A DNA stretch of 64,000 bases, taken from contig JAUQOU010000003.1 of NCBI GenBank assembly GCA_030550715.1, positions 18,180 through 82,179 of the forward strand, given 5' to 3'. Made by a program: the position numbers and the translations under genes. Below are positions 56,111 through 64,000 of the stretch, piece by piece. Position 1 is the stretch's first letter, and each line of letters opens with the position of its first letter. Under the pieces are notes generated by a model, which saw only the letters and a program-made list of their open reading frames with translations, searched no databases and was not told the origin of the DNA. This stretch comes from a bacterium (GTDB lineage Bacteria > Calescibacteriota > Calescibacteriia > Calescibacteriales > Calescibacteriaceae).

Positions 56111-56980
56111 TCAACTTCCTTCCTGAATAAACCTTTTTTCCTCGTAGTTTTCATGATAAGGGACTTTTTCAATTCCTTGAACCCTTTGAAGAAACTCGTA
56201 TATAGTATCTGCTAAATCAGAAGAGAAAAGGAGAGAAAAATGTCCGAAAGCATTATATTCTTTTTTCTCTGCTCCGTCAAAGAAAGAGCTTTCATATGGA
56301 ATGGTGAGCTGGTCATACTTTGCGCAAACACAGAGATATTTTGAAGGGTCTTTGACATACTTTAAACCGTGTATTATTTTTGATTCCGGGGTTATATCCT
56401 TTGAGCTTTTCCCGATTCCGAAGTAGGCAAGACGAGTTCCAGAATGCGGAGAGCAAATTGTAACACATTTTTTCACTTCAAAATCAAATTTATCTTGATT
56501 TTCTGTTATGTATTTTGCGATTATACCACCAAGAGAATGTCCTATAATAATTATATCTTTTGAGTCAGCAAAAATATTTTCAAGCTTTTCTTCTATCATT
56601 TTCGCAGATTTATAAGAGAGGTTCTCAACTGAATCGGGAAAGGGAGTAGGAACTATTATGAAAATATTTTCAAATCCTTTGTTTCTCAGAAAATAGAAAA
56701 GGAAAAAGACCGAAGATCTGTTGAGAAAATATCCCGGTATTATAAACACCGGCGTTTTTATTCCCGTCTTTCTCGGTATATAATTTTCAATTTTGAAAAA
56801 ACCGAAAATCCATGTTGAAAATAAATAAACATAAGAAAAGAACTCTTTTATGAAGGAGATCAGAAGTTCTTTCAGGTTGATTTTTTTACCATAACCAATA
56901 TTTTCATAAACGAAAATGATATACGGCAAAAGAGTGAAGAAAAAAGATAGATAAAAAATTATTTTTATCAGTAATCTCAT
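56111..56980 (-). CDS. Membrane-anchored alpha/beta hydrolase (lipase/esterase, GxSxG)
   Basis: 289 aa. N-terminal hydrophobic helices precede the nucleophile elbow IIIGHSLGG and a later CSPHSG. Confidence 0.7.
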   Translation of the reverse strand: MRLLIKIIFYLSFFFTLLPYIIFVYENIGYGKKINLKELLISFIKEFFSYVYLFSTWIFGFFKIENYIPRKTGIKTPVFIIPGYFLNRSSVFFLFYFLRNKGFENIFIIVPTPFPDSVENLSYKSAKMIEEKLENIFADSKDIIIIGHSLGGIIAKYITENQDKFDFEVKKCVTICSPHSGTRLAYFGIGKSSKDITPESKIIHGLKYVKDPSKYLCVCAKYDQLTIPYESSFFDGAEKKEYNAFGHFSLLFSSDLADTIYEFLQRVQGIEKVPYHENYEEKRFIQEGS

Positions 56981-57061
56981 ACTTCGCAGAAAAAAGAGTG
57001 TCCTCCATCTTCGTAAATAAAGCTCAAATTTTCAAAGAAGAACTGAACAGAAACCTTTTTT

Positions 57062-57988
57062 CTATTTTGATTTTTCTTTATTTGATTTTCTTGCAGAGTC
57101 AATAGCCATAAGGGAAACCCAGTTAGCAGCTCTCACAGAATACTCCTCAAGCGTAGAAACAAGATTATTTGCTCGTGAAGATATTACAGCAAAGAAAACA
57201 ACTCCCGAAATAGCAACTATAAGTCCAAAAGCAGTTGAGTGCATGACTATAGATATTGATTTTGAAAGGTATATTTGTCTTTGAGCTGGGTCAAGACCTC
57301 CGACACCCGCAAAAGCTTCAATAAGACCTATAACCGCTCCGAGCAGACCTAAAAGAACCGCAGTATTAGCAAATATGTGTATCAGCGGAACTCTGTTCTG
57401 TATCTTTGGAATAAACCTGAGGTATTCCTCTTCAACGGCGGAAGTTATAAGCTCTTTTATTTCTTTTTCATCAAGTTCAGATAAATTACTTTTTTCAAGG
57501 ACACGGAGAGCAGAATATAGAACCGCACCTATTGGCAATTTTGAATTTTGTTCAGCAACTTCAAGAGCTCTTTTCAGACCTCCCTCTTCAAAAGCTGCCT
57601 TCACCTCCTCAAAAGTTTTAGCAGGGTCTTTCCCGTAAACAAACCAGACAGCTATCCCTCTTTCAACAGAAAGAGCTATTATGACAAGGAACATGAGCAA
57701 AATAAGATGCATTGGCCAATCCCCTACCTTATAAGCTTCTATCAACTTACCTATAATTCCTTTCTCTTCTTTTTTCTCACCTTCTTGACCCGAAGGAGGG
57801 GCTTCCTCTTTCCCTACAGCAGTAGTAGCAGAAGAAGTCGCTCCTTCTTGAACCTGAGTGACGGTTCCGGGTGACTGAGTAACTCCTTCCTGCTGAGCTA
57901 TCACATAAGAAATACGAGAGACGGAAAAAACAAAAACCGCTAAAAATATAAAAAACAGATAGCTGAAAACATCTCTCTTCGTATTCAT
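57062..57988 (-). CDS. MotA/TolQ/ExbB family proton-channel protein with N-terminal extension
   Basis: 308 aa. A signal-like helix and a Q/E/T/S-rich linker precede the ExbB core, which has TM helices and NTAVLLGLLGAVIGLIEAF. Has a strong SD. No exbD, tolR or tonB gene is adjacent. Confidence 0.8.
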   Translation of the reverse strand: MNTKRDVFSYLFFIFLAVFVFSVSRISYVIAQQEGVTQSPGTVTQVQEGATSSATTAVGKEEAPPSGQEGEKKEEKGIIGKLIEAYKVGDWPMHLILLMFLVIIALSVERGIAVWFVYGKDPAKTFEEVKAAFEEGGLKRALEVAEQNSKLPIGAVLYSALRVLEKSNLSELDEKEIKELITSAVEEEYLRFIPKIQNRVPLIHIFANTAVLLGLLGAVIGLIEAFAGVGGLDPAQRQIYLSKSISIVMHSTAFGLIVAISGVVFFAVISSRANNLVSTLEEYSVRAANWVSLMAIDSARKSNKEKSK

Positions 57989-58072
57989 TTTTCAAACCTC
58001 CTTTTGTTTTTGATAAAGATAATCACAAATAAAAATTTTTTCAAGTTTTTGACAAAATTTTTTGCCGAAAAA

Positions 58073-58612
58073 ATGAAGGTGTTCATAATAGGCGGGAACG
58101 GAAGCGGAAAAAGTTCCTTCGCACTTGAAATAGGGGAAAAAATATCAAAAAAAAATAAAAACTATTTGAAAAAATATTTCATAGCAACATGCGAACCAAT
58201 AGATGAAGAACTGAAAGAAAAAATAAAAAAGCACAGGAAGGAGAGAAAAGGTTTAGGCTGGCAAACAATAGAAGAGCCCATCGAAATATCAAAAGCTATA
58301 AAATATATAAGAAAAAAATATAAAAATGCTGTTGTGATAGTAGATTCAATTACACTCTGGCTGACAAACCTTTTCGTTCATAAAAAATCAGAAAAAGAAA
58401 TAAAAACCGAGATAGAGAATTTTTTAGAGGAACTTTCAGGATTTGAAGGAGATATAATTGTTGTTTCAAATGAATGCGGACTTGGAATAATACCTAAAGA
58501 AAAATCGGTGAGAAAATGGGAAAACTTTCTTTCTCAAATAAACAGAAGAATCTCTCTTATTTCAGATGAGGTATATTTTTTGCTTGCGGGAATTCCACAG
58601 AAAATAAAATAA
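58073..58612 (+). CDS. cobU: Adenosylcobinamide kinase / adenosylcobinamide-phosphate guanylyltransferase
   Basis: MKVFIIGGNGSGKSSFA (P-loop), ATCEPIDEELKEKIKKHRKER, VDSITLWLTN and VSNECGLGI are typical of CobU/CobP. The ORF is open to 58004, but the family N-terminus starts at 58073. Confidence 0.85.
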   Translation: MKVFIIGGNGSGKSSFALEIGEKISKKNKNYLKKYFIATCEPIDEELKEKIKKHRKERKGLGWQTIEEPIEISKAIKYIRKKYKNAVVIVDSITLWLTNLFVHKKSEKEIKTEIENFLEELSGFEGDIIVVSNECGLGIIPKEKSVRKWENFLSQINRRISLISDEVYFLLAGIPQKIK

Positions 58613-58613
58613 T

Positions 58614-59312
58614 CTACTCTGATTCTTTGTCTTTTGATTTTTTATTGCTGTGAGATTTACTTTTAGCAGAATCTACTCCATTGCGTTCAAGTATTCCGTA
58701 TAAGATAACAGAAATTATATGAGATATGCGCTCGGAAATAGCTTTACTACTCATCGGATTTTTTATAAATGGTTCTATAAGTGGTCTGAAAATAAAGTAT
58801 ATTATTATAGCACCTGTGAGAGTAATAGATAGCTGAATCGGGTCCACATCTTTTTTGAAAACACCCTGTTTTTTTCCTTCCTCAAGGATTTGTGAGCCAA
58901 ATGAAAGAATTTGCGGAACATATTCCTGAGCAAGTTTTCTTATGGGGACATTCTCATCAAGGAGTTCTCTCATAAGGATTTTCACATATTCCTCATTTTC
59001 CCTTATGAAAAACATTATCTGCTTTACAAAGTTTCTCGCATCTTTTATTATGTCTCCCGAAGAAAAAGAGACCCTGAAAATCTCTATTATCTTTTTAAGG
59101 GTTTGATTTATGAGTTCGTTATATATATCATGCTTGCTTGGGAAGTGATGATATAAAGATGCCTTTTTTATTCCAACCATATCAGCTATGTCATCCATAC
59201 TTGTTCCTGCGAATCCGTACTTAGCAAAAAGACGGGTTGCAGCTTTCAAAATCTTCTCTCGAGTTTTCTTCCCCTTCAACCTTACCTTATTGACCTTCTG
59301 ATAAGGTTCCAT
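58614..59312 (-). CDS. TetR/AcrR family transcriptional regulator
   Basis: 232 aa with the N-terminal HTH TREKILKAATRLFAKYGFAGTSMDDIADMVGIKKASLYHHFPSK. Confidence 0.85.
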   Translation of the reverse strand: MEPYQKVNKVRLKGKKTREKILKAATRLFAKYGFAGTSMDDIADMVGIKKASLYHHFPSKHDIYNELINQTLKKIIEIFRVSFSSGDIIKDARNFVKQIMFFIRENEEYVKILMRELLDENVPIRKLAQEYVPQILSFGSQILEEGKKQGVFKKDVDPIQLSITLTGAIIIYFIFRPLIEPFIKNPMSSKAISERISHIISVILYGILERNGVDSAKSKSHSNKKSKDKESE

Positions 59313-59386
59313 AAGAAAAAATTAGCAACGATGGAGCAAGTATTTATTTTTTTAGTTCAACGTGGTACAGAAAATTGATAAGCCAT

Positions 59387-61291
59387 TTACTTTTTCCACT
59401 CAGTATCTACAACAGAACCTCCATCAGGTCCCTCTGAGCCACCACTTCCTCCGCTTTGCCCCTGAGATGAAGATGCTACATTTTGCGAGTATATAGCAGA
59501 TGAGACCTTAGTCATTACGCTTTCGACTTCTCTTATCATTCCTCTCACCTCGTTTATGTCATTTGAGTTTTTGAAAACCTCGCGCCCTCTTTGAGCTACC
59601 CTTTCAGCTTCTGAAACGATGTCTGCCGGAATCCTATCTCTGAACTCCTTCAATGTCTTTTCAAGCTGATACACAAGGTTATCTAACTTATTCTTTTCTT
59701 GAATGAGCTCAAGCTTCTTCCTATCTTCTTCCTCATATCTTTTTGCTTCTTCTGTCATTCTCTGGATTTCTTCTTTTGTGAGGTTGGTTGAACCCTCTAT
59801 TCTTATTGAAGCTTGTTTTCCTGTTGAAAGCTCTTTGGCATAGACCGTAAGAATTCCATTAACATCAACATCAAATGTGACTTCAATTTTTGGGACTCCA
59901 CGAGGAGCAGGAGGTATGCCTTCAAGATAGAATCTTCCCAAACTCCTATTATCTTTTGCGAGTGGTCTTTCACCTTGCAGAACATGTATTTCAACAACTG
60001 TTTGATTATCTTCCGCAGTAGTGAAAATTTCTGATTTTTTTATGGGGATCGTAGTGTTTCTCTCTATTATTTTTGTGAAGACGCCACCGTAGGTTTCAAC
60101 TCCCAAAGATATAGGAATGACATCAAGTAAGAGTATATCTTTTGCGGTTCCGAGGATTATTCCTGCCTGAATTGCAGCTCCCACAGCGACAACCTCATCT
60201 GGATTAATTCCTCTCACAGGGTCTTTTCCGAAGAAGTTTTTGAGCTCTTCTTGAATTTTCGGGATACGTGTTGAACCACCGACAAGAATAACCTCATCAA
60301 TATCCTTTGGTTTAAATCCCCCATCTCTTATGACTCTGTCTATTATCTCTATTGTTCTTGTGATGTATTTTTCTATCATTCTTTCAAACTGCGAGCGCGT
60401 GAGTTTTCTGACAAGGTGTTTTGGTCCAGTCGCGTCCGCCGCTATGAACGGAAGGTTTATCTCTGTCTCAAGCTTTGACGAAAGCTCTTTTTTTGCGTTC
60501 TCAGCAGCTTCCTTCAACCTCTGCAAAGCCATTCTGTCTTTTGATAGGTCTATTCCCGTCTCTTTTTTGAACTCCTCTATGAGCCAGTTTATTATCTCTT
60601 GATCAAAATCATCTCCTCCAAGATGAGTATCTCCACCTGTTGATTTAACTTCAAGGACATCTTCTCCCATTTCAAGGACTGTTATATCAAAAGTACCGCC
60701 TCCAAGGTCATACACAGCAACTCTGACTTTCTTCTTTTTCTCAAACCCGTATGCTAACGCAGCTGCTGTTGGTTCGTTTATTATTCTGAGGACATTAAGA
60801 CCCGCAATTTCTCCTGCTGCTTTTGTTGCTTGTCTCTGAGCATCGTTGAAGTAAGCGGGAACAGTTATGACGACATCTTGGATTTTCTCTCCCAAAAACG
60901 CCTCAGCGTCTTTTACGAGTTTTTTAAGAATGAAAGCAGATATTTCCGGTGGAGAAAATTCCTTCCCAACTGCCGGTATATAAACTCTGGCGTCGTTGTG
61001 CGGTCCTCTCACAATTTTATATGGGACTCTCTTTGCTTCCTCTAACGATTCGTCATAGCTTCTTCCCATGAACCTTTTGATAGAGTATACGGTGTTTTCT
61101 GCATTGACTATTGCCTGCCTCTTTGCGGGAATTCCAACAATAACCTCTCCCTCGCGTGTCCATGCAACACAAGACGGAACAGTAGTTGGTCCTTCGGCTG
61201 AAGGTATAACCTTAACATCACTTCCCTCCATAGTTGCGATAACCGAGTTAGTGGTCCCAAGGTCAATTCCTATTGGTCTTTTTCTTGCCAT
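59387..61291 (-). CDS. dnaK: Molecular chaperone DnaK (Hsp70)
   Basis: 634 aa with [18 protein letters not shown] and [11 protein letters not shown]. Has a strong SD (GAGGGAGG). Confidence 0.95.
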   Translation of the reverse strand: MARKRPIGIDLGTTNSVIATMEGSDVKVIPSAEGPTTVPSCVAWTREGEVIVGIPAKRQAIVNAENTVYSIKRFMGRSYDESLEEAKRVPYKIVRGPHNDARVYIPAVGKEFSPPEISAFILKKLVKDAEAFLGEKIQDVVITVPAYFNDAQRQATKAAGEIAGLNVLRIINEPTAAALAYGFEKKKKVRVAVYDLGGGTFDITVLEMGEDVLEVKSTGGDTHLGGDDFDQEIINWLIEEFKKETGIDLSKDRMALQRLKEAAENAKKELSSKLETEINLPFIAADATGPKHLVRKLTRSQFERMIEKYITRTIEIIDRVIRDGGFKPKDIDEVILVGGSTRIPKIQEELKNFFGKDPVRGINPDEVVAVGAAIQAGIILGTAKDILLLDVIPISLGVETYGGVFTKIIERNTTIPIKKSEIFTTAEDNQTVVEIHVLQGERPLAKDNRSLGRFYLEGIPPAPRGVPKIEVTFDVDVNGILTVYAKELSTGKQASIRIEGSTNLTKEEIQRMTEEAKRYEEEDRKKLELIQEKNKLDNLVYQLEKTLKEFRDRIPADIVSEAERVAQRGREVFKNSNDINEVRGMIREVESVMTKVSSAIYSQNVASSSQGQSGGSGGSEGPDGGSVVDTEWKK

Positions 61292-61502
61292 GGCTTTTTT
61301 CCTCCCTCTTTAAATCCGATTATAAGCAAAAGAAATTCAGTCATGAAACCAAAAATCTTATAAAGTTAAAACCATCAAAAAAGTAAAAATCTCACTTTCT
61401 ATAATATTATAATGAAGAGATTTTTAGTTTCTGATTTTGCAAAAATAGTTTCATTAATTTGTCCTCGTGGAATTTAAGAGAATGAAAAAGAAATTAAGTA
61501 AA

Positions 61503-61531
61503 TTGACAAATTGAAAAACTACCGATAAAAA
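61503..61531 (+). promoter_or_regulatory. Candidate sigma-70-type promoter for the ABC-2 permease gene (TTGACA, 17-bp spacer, TAAAAA)
   Basis: TTGACA at 61503-61508 is followed by a 17-nt spacer and TAAAAA at 61526-61531, ending 8 nt before the ATG at 61540. No SD is visible, so the transcript could be nearly leaderless. Sequence pattern only. Confidence 0.3.
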
Positions 61532-61539
61532 TAAACTCT

Positions 61540-62307
61540 ATGTTCACGATAGCGGGAAGAGAGATAAGGTCTCTTTTTCTATCACCGATAGCTTACGTCA
61601 TCATAGGTATTTTCTGCATCATTCTTGCGTGGTTTTTCATAAATGTAGTGGCTCTATATGTTATTTTGAGCGTTCAGGTTCTCAGATTACCTTGGCTTGC
61701 AGAAAGAATAAATATGCAAGAACTTGTAATAAGACCCCTGCTTAGCAATATGAGCGTGATAATGCTTTTTCTCATTCCGATGGTAACAATGAGAACATTT
61801 GCAGAAGAAAAAAAACTCGGGACATTTGAGCTGATATACACTTCTCCCATAAGGACGACAGAAATAGTTTTAGGGAAATTTTTAGGGACAGCATTTTTCG
61901 TTCTCATTCTTCTTCTAATTTCGTTTCTTTTTATGATACCGCTGATAAAGTATGGAGAGCCAGACAAAGGTGTTATAATATCTTCATACCTTGGGCTTTT
62001 CCTTATGGTGATAGCTTTTATTTCAGCAGGAATATTTGCATCATCAATAACAGAAAATCAAGTTATATCAGTAATAGTTTCTTTCGGAATTCTGCTTTTC
62101 TTCTGGGTCCTTGGATGGGTAAGAGGAACGCTTGAAGGACAGATAAAAGAAATTTTAGCATACCTATCTTTTATGGATCACTTTCAGAACTTCACAAGAG
62201 GAATAATAGATACACGAGATTTAGTGTATTATATTTCGTTTATTATCGTTATGCTTTTTCTAACGGTTGCCACTCTTGAATCAAGGAGATATAGAGGTGC
62301 GTACTGA
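61540..62307 (+). CDS. ABC-2 type transporter permease (orphan)
   Basis: 255 aa with six hydrophobic helices. The N-terminus MFTIAGREIRSLFLSPIAYVIIGIFCIIL is typical of the ABC-2/GldF-like permease family. No ATPase gene is adjacent. Confidence 0.7.
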   Translation: MFTIAGREIRSLFLSPIAYVIIGIFCIILAWFFINVVALYVILSVQVLRLPWLAERINMQELVIRPLLSNMSVIMLFLIPMVTMRTFAEEKKLGTFELIYTSPIRTTEIVLGKFLGTAFFVLILLLISFLFMIPLIKYGEPDKGVIISSYLGLFLMVIAFISAGIFASSITENQVISVIVSFGILLFFWVLGWVRGTLEGQIKEILAYLSFMDHFQNFTRGIIDTRDLVYYISFIIVMLFLTVATLESRRYRGAY

Positions 62308-62325
62308 TTTGAGAGTGTCAGGAGG

Positions 62326-63783
62326 TCATTTTTCTCCGATTGGGAAGAAGGTTTGTTTTATTACCTGAACATCGTGGACATGTGATTCTTTGTATCCTGC
62401 TTCTGTTATTCTTATCATTTTTGCTTTCTTTCTTGCTTCTTCAATGTTTTTAGCTCCTATATAGCCGAAAGCTGCTTTAATAGCTTTTGCTATGTTTGAG
62501 AGAATGAAGCGGACGGGACCTTTATACGGAACAAGTCCAACAACTCCCTCGGGCAGAATATCATCTCCTGTGAGGTATCTTGAGCGGACACCTTTTTTCA
62601 TTCCATCGCGTATAGCATCTTCGGACCCCATTCCCCTGTATACCTTGTAAGGTCTGCCATCTCTTATGACCTTTTCACCTGGCGCTTCCTCTGCTCCCGC
62701 AAGCATGTTTCCGAGCATAACAGAATCAGCTCCCGCAACAAGAGCTTTAACTATATCACCAGTGTACCTTATACCTCCATCTGCTATGAGTGGAACACCT
62801 AAATCTTTCAGAGCTCTTCTGCATTCAATTATTGCCGAAATCTGAGGTACTCCAACACCCGTGACAACTCTTGTAGTGCATATTGAACCAGGACCGACTC
62901 CGACTTTTACCGCATCTGCCCCCGCATTTGCAAGAAACAAAGCACCTTCGTAAGTTCCCACATTTCCGGCTATCACCTGAACATCTAACTTTCTTTTTAT
63001 CTCTTTTAGTGTTTCAAGAACAGCTTTTGAGTGTCCATGAGCTGAATCTATGACGATGACATCTACGCCTGATTCTACAAGAGCGACAGCTCTTTCTATT
63101 TCTTTCGGTCCAACTCCAACAGCAGCTCCAACCATAAGGCGTCCAGATTTATCTCGCAGAGCTTGAGGATTCTCCTCGGCTTTTCTTATATCTTTCAGGG
63201 TTATTAATCCTTTCAGTTTGAAATCATCATCTACAACGGGAAGTTTTTCTATTTTGTGTCTGTGCATTATCTCTTTTGCGGTTTCCTGATCTATTCCTTC
63301 TTTGACAACAACGAGCTTTTCTCTTGGAGTCATAACATCTTTTATTTTTTTCATTTTGTTGGTTTCAAACCTAAGGTCACGGCTCGTCACTATTCCCACA
63401 AGATATTGGTTCCTCACAACAGGAAGACCGGAGATATTGTTTTTCCGCATTATCTCTATCGCTTCGCCGACAGTTGTTTCCTCATCAACAAATATAGGGG
63501 ACTTTATTATCCAAGAACTATACTTTTTGACCTTTTCAACTTCCATCACCTGCTCATCAATTGAGAGGTTCCTGTGAATTATACCTATACCTCCTTCTTT
63601 CGCAAGCTCTATTGCCATGTCTGCTTCGGTAACAGTATCCATGGCAGAAGACAAAAGCGGGAGATTTAGCTTTATATCTCTTGTGAGCTTTGAGCTTATA
63701 TCTACCTCGGAAGGAAGTATTTCAGAGTAAGCCGGCAATATAAGAACATCATCAAAAGTCAAGTATAAAGGAAAGTCCTCCAT
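62326..63783 (-). CDS. guaB: IMP dehydrogenase
   Basis: 485 aa with a CBS pair inserted in the TIM barrel, the catalytic loop [13 protein letters not shown], and [13 protein letters not shown]. Confidence 0.95.
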   Translation of the reverse strand: MEDFPLYLTFDDVLILPAYSEILPSEVDISSKLTRDIKLNLPLLSSAMDTVTEADMAIELAKEGGIGIIHRNLSIDEQVMEVEKVKKYSSWIIKSPIFVDEETTVGEAIEIMRKNNISGLPVVRNQYLVGIVTSRDLRFETNKMKKIKDVMTPREKLVVVKEGIDQETAKEIMHRHKIEKLPVVDDDFKLKGLITLKDIRKAEENPQALRDKSGRLMVGAAVGVGPKEIERAVALVESGVDVIVIDSAHGHSKAVLETLKEIKRKLDVQVIAGNVGTYEGALFLANAGADAVKVGVGPGSICTTRVVTGVGVPQISAIIECRRALKDLGVPLIADGGIRYTGDIVKALVAGADSVMLGNMLAGAEEAPGEKVIRDGRPYKVYRGMGSEDAIRDGMKKGVRSRYLTGDDILPEGVVGLVPYKGPVRFILSNIAKAIKAAFGYIGAKNIEEARKKAKMIRITEAGYKESHVHDVQVIKQTFFPIGEK

Positions 63784-63865
63784 ATGAAAATTATAGTGCT
63801 TTGATAGAGTTTTTCTTTTTTGGTAAAAATTTGGAGGTGTATTTTCAGCAGTTTCAGATATTATT

Positions 63866-64000
63866 TCACAAAACGTCTTTTGCGGTAATTTCTTTTTTCT
63901 CCATGTGGAACCCTATATCTTTGAGAATTTTCTCATACCCTTTCTCTTCAATTTCGGTTGCGAGCGAGTGATCTCCACTCAGAACTATCTTTCCGTCAAA
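63866..64000 (-). CDS. 3' end of an unidentified gene (partial, 5' end outside window)
   Basis: The minus-strand frame is open from the window edge to TGA (complement of 63866-63868). The peptide is FDGKIVLSGDHSLATEIEEKGYEKILKDIGFHMEKKEITAKDVL. No family recognised. Confidence 0.3.
   Translation of the reverse strand, partial: FDGKIVLSGDHSLATEIEEKGYEKILKDIGFHMEKKEITAKDVL

Noticed and set aside
1-64000. CRISPR arrays, IS elements or transposases, rRNA genes, toxin-antitoxin pairs, reverse transcriptases, and known defence-system hallmark genes.
   Set aside because: None of the ORF products shows the relevant motifs: no DDE/HUH transposase, Cas, RT or ATPase-nuclease pairs. No regularly spaced direct repeats were seen in the few non-coding stretches. 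Reading by eye cannot exclude short or degenerate elements.

Overview
This is a densely packed, AT-rich bacterial chromosomal window with about 60 protein genes, 2 tRNA genes and very short intergenic spacers. I found no rRNA, CRISPR array, transposase, integrase or prophage signature. Most genes are recognisable housekeeping functions: parC-like topoisomerase A subunit, Fe/Mn SOD, hemL, mnmA, hflX, tldD, nfi, sbcD, rpoN, ribH, lysA, pgk, ilvD, dnaK, guaB, cobU, an RND pump with its adaptor, and acyl-CoA enzymes. The proteins are rich in Lys, Glu and Ile. Both tRNAs are GC-rich and encode their CCA ends within AT-rich flanks. Coding strands are strongly purine-loaded. Together these suggest a thermophile-like lineage that uses sigma-54, but that is speculation; I cannot assign taxonomy. 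Two envelope-glycan loci are the only accessory-looking regions. The first (about 14.1-20.9 kb) has GT2 genes on one arm. The other arm is a four-gene operon: TPR lipoprotein, PF14907-like nucleotidyltransferase, small outer-membrane lipoprotein, and a short Wza-like exporter. The second (about 46.9-54.3 kb) contains a DegT aminotransferase followed after 11 bp by a TylM1/DesVI-type methyltransferase. It also holds a cupin, three glycosyltransferases, a second methyltransferase and a long-chain acyl-CoA ligase. I see no compelling evidence for an entirely new multi-gene system such as a defence, RNA-guided or secretion system. The best leads are the dimethylamino-sugar-like island, the export operon, and a 321-codon PKD-domain frame with no start codon for its first 157 codons. 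Others are a GyrA-box-less type IIA topoisomerase next to an unknown gene, several enzymes with altered catalytic motifs (thiolase-like, SixA-like, O-methyltransferase-like, GT2), and an orphan ExbB-like channel next to a membrane hydrolase. Subunits of many multi-component systems occur here without their usual partners. All functional calls come from reading motifs by eye; no searches were run.
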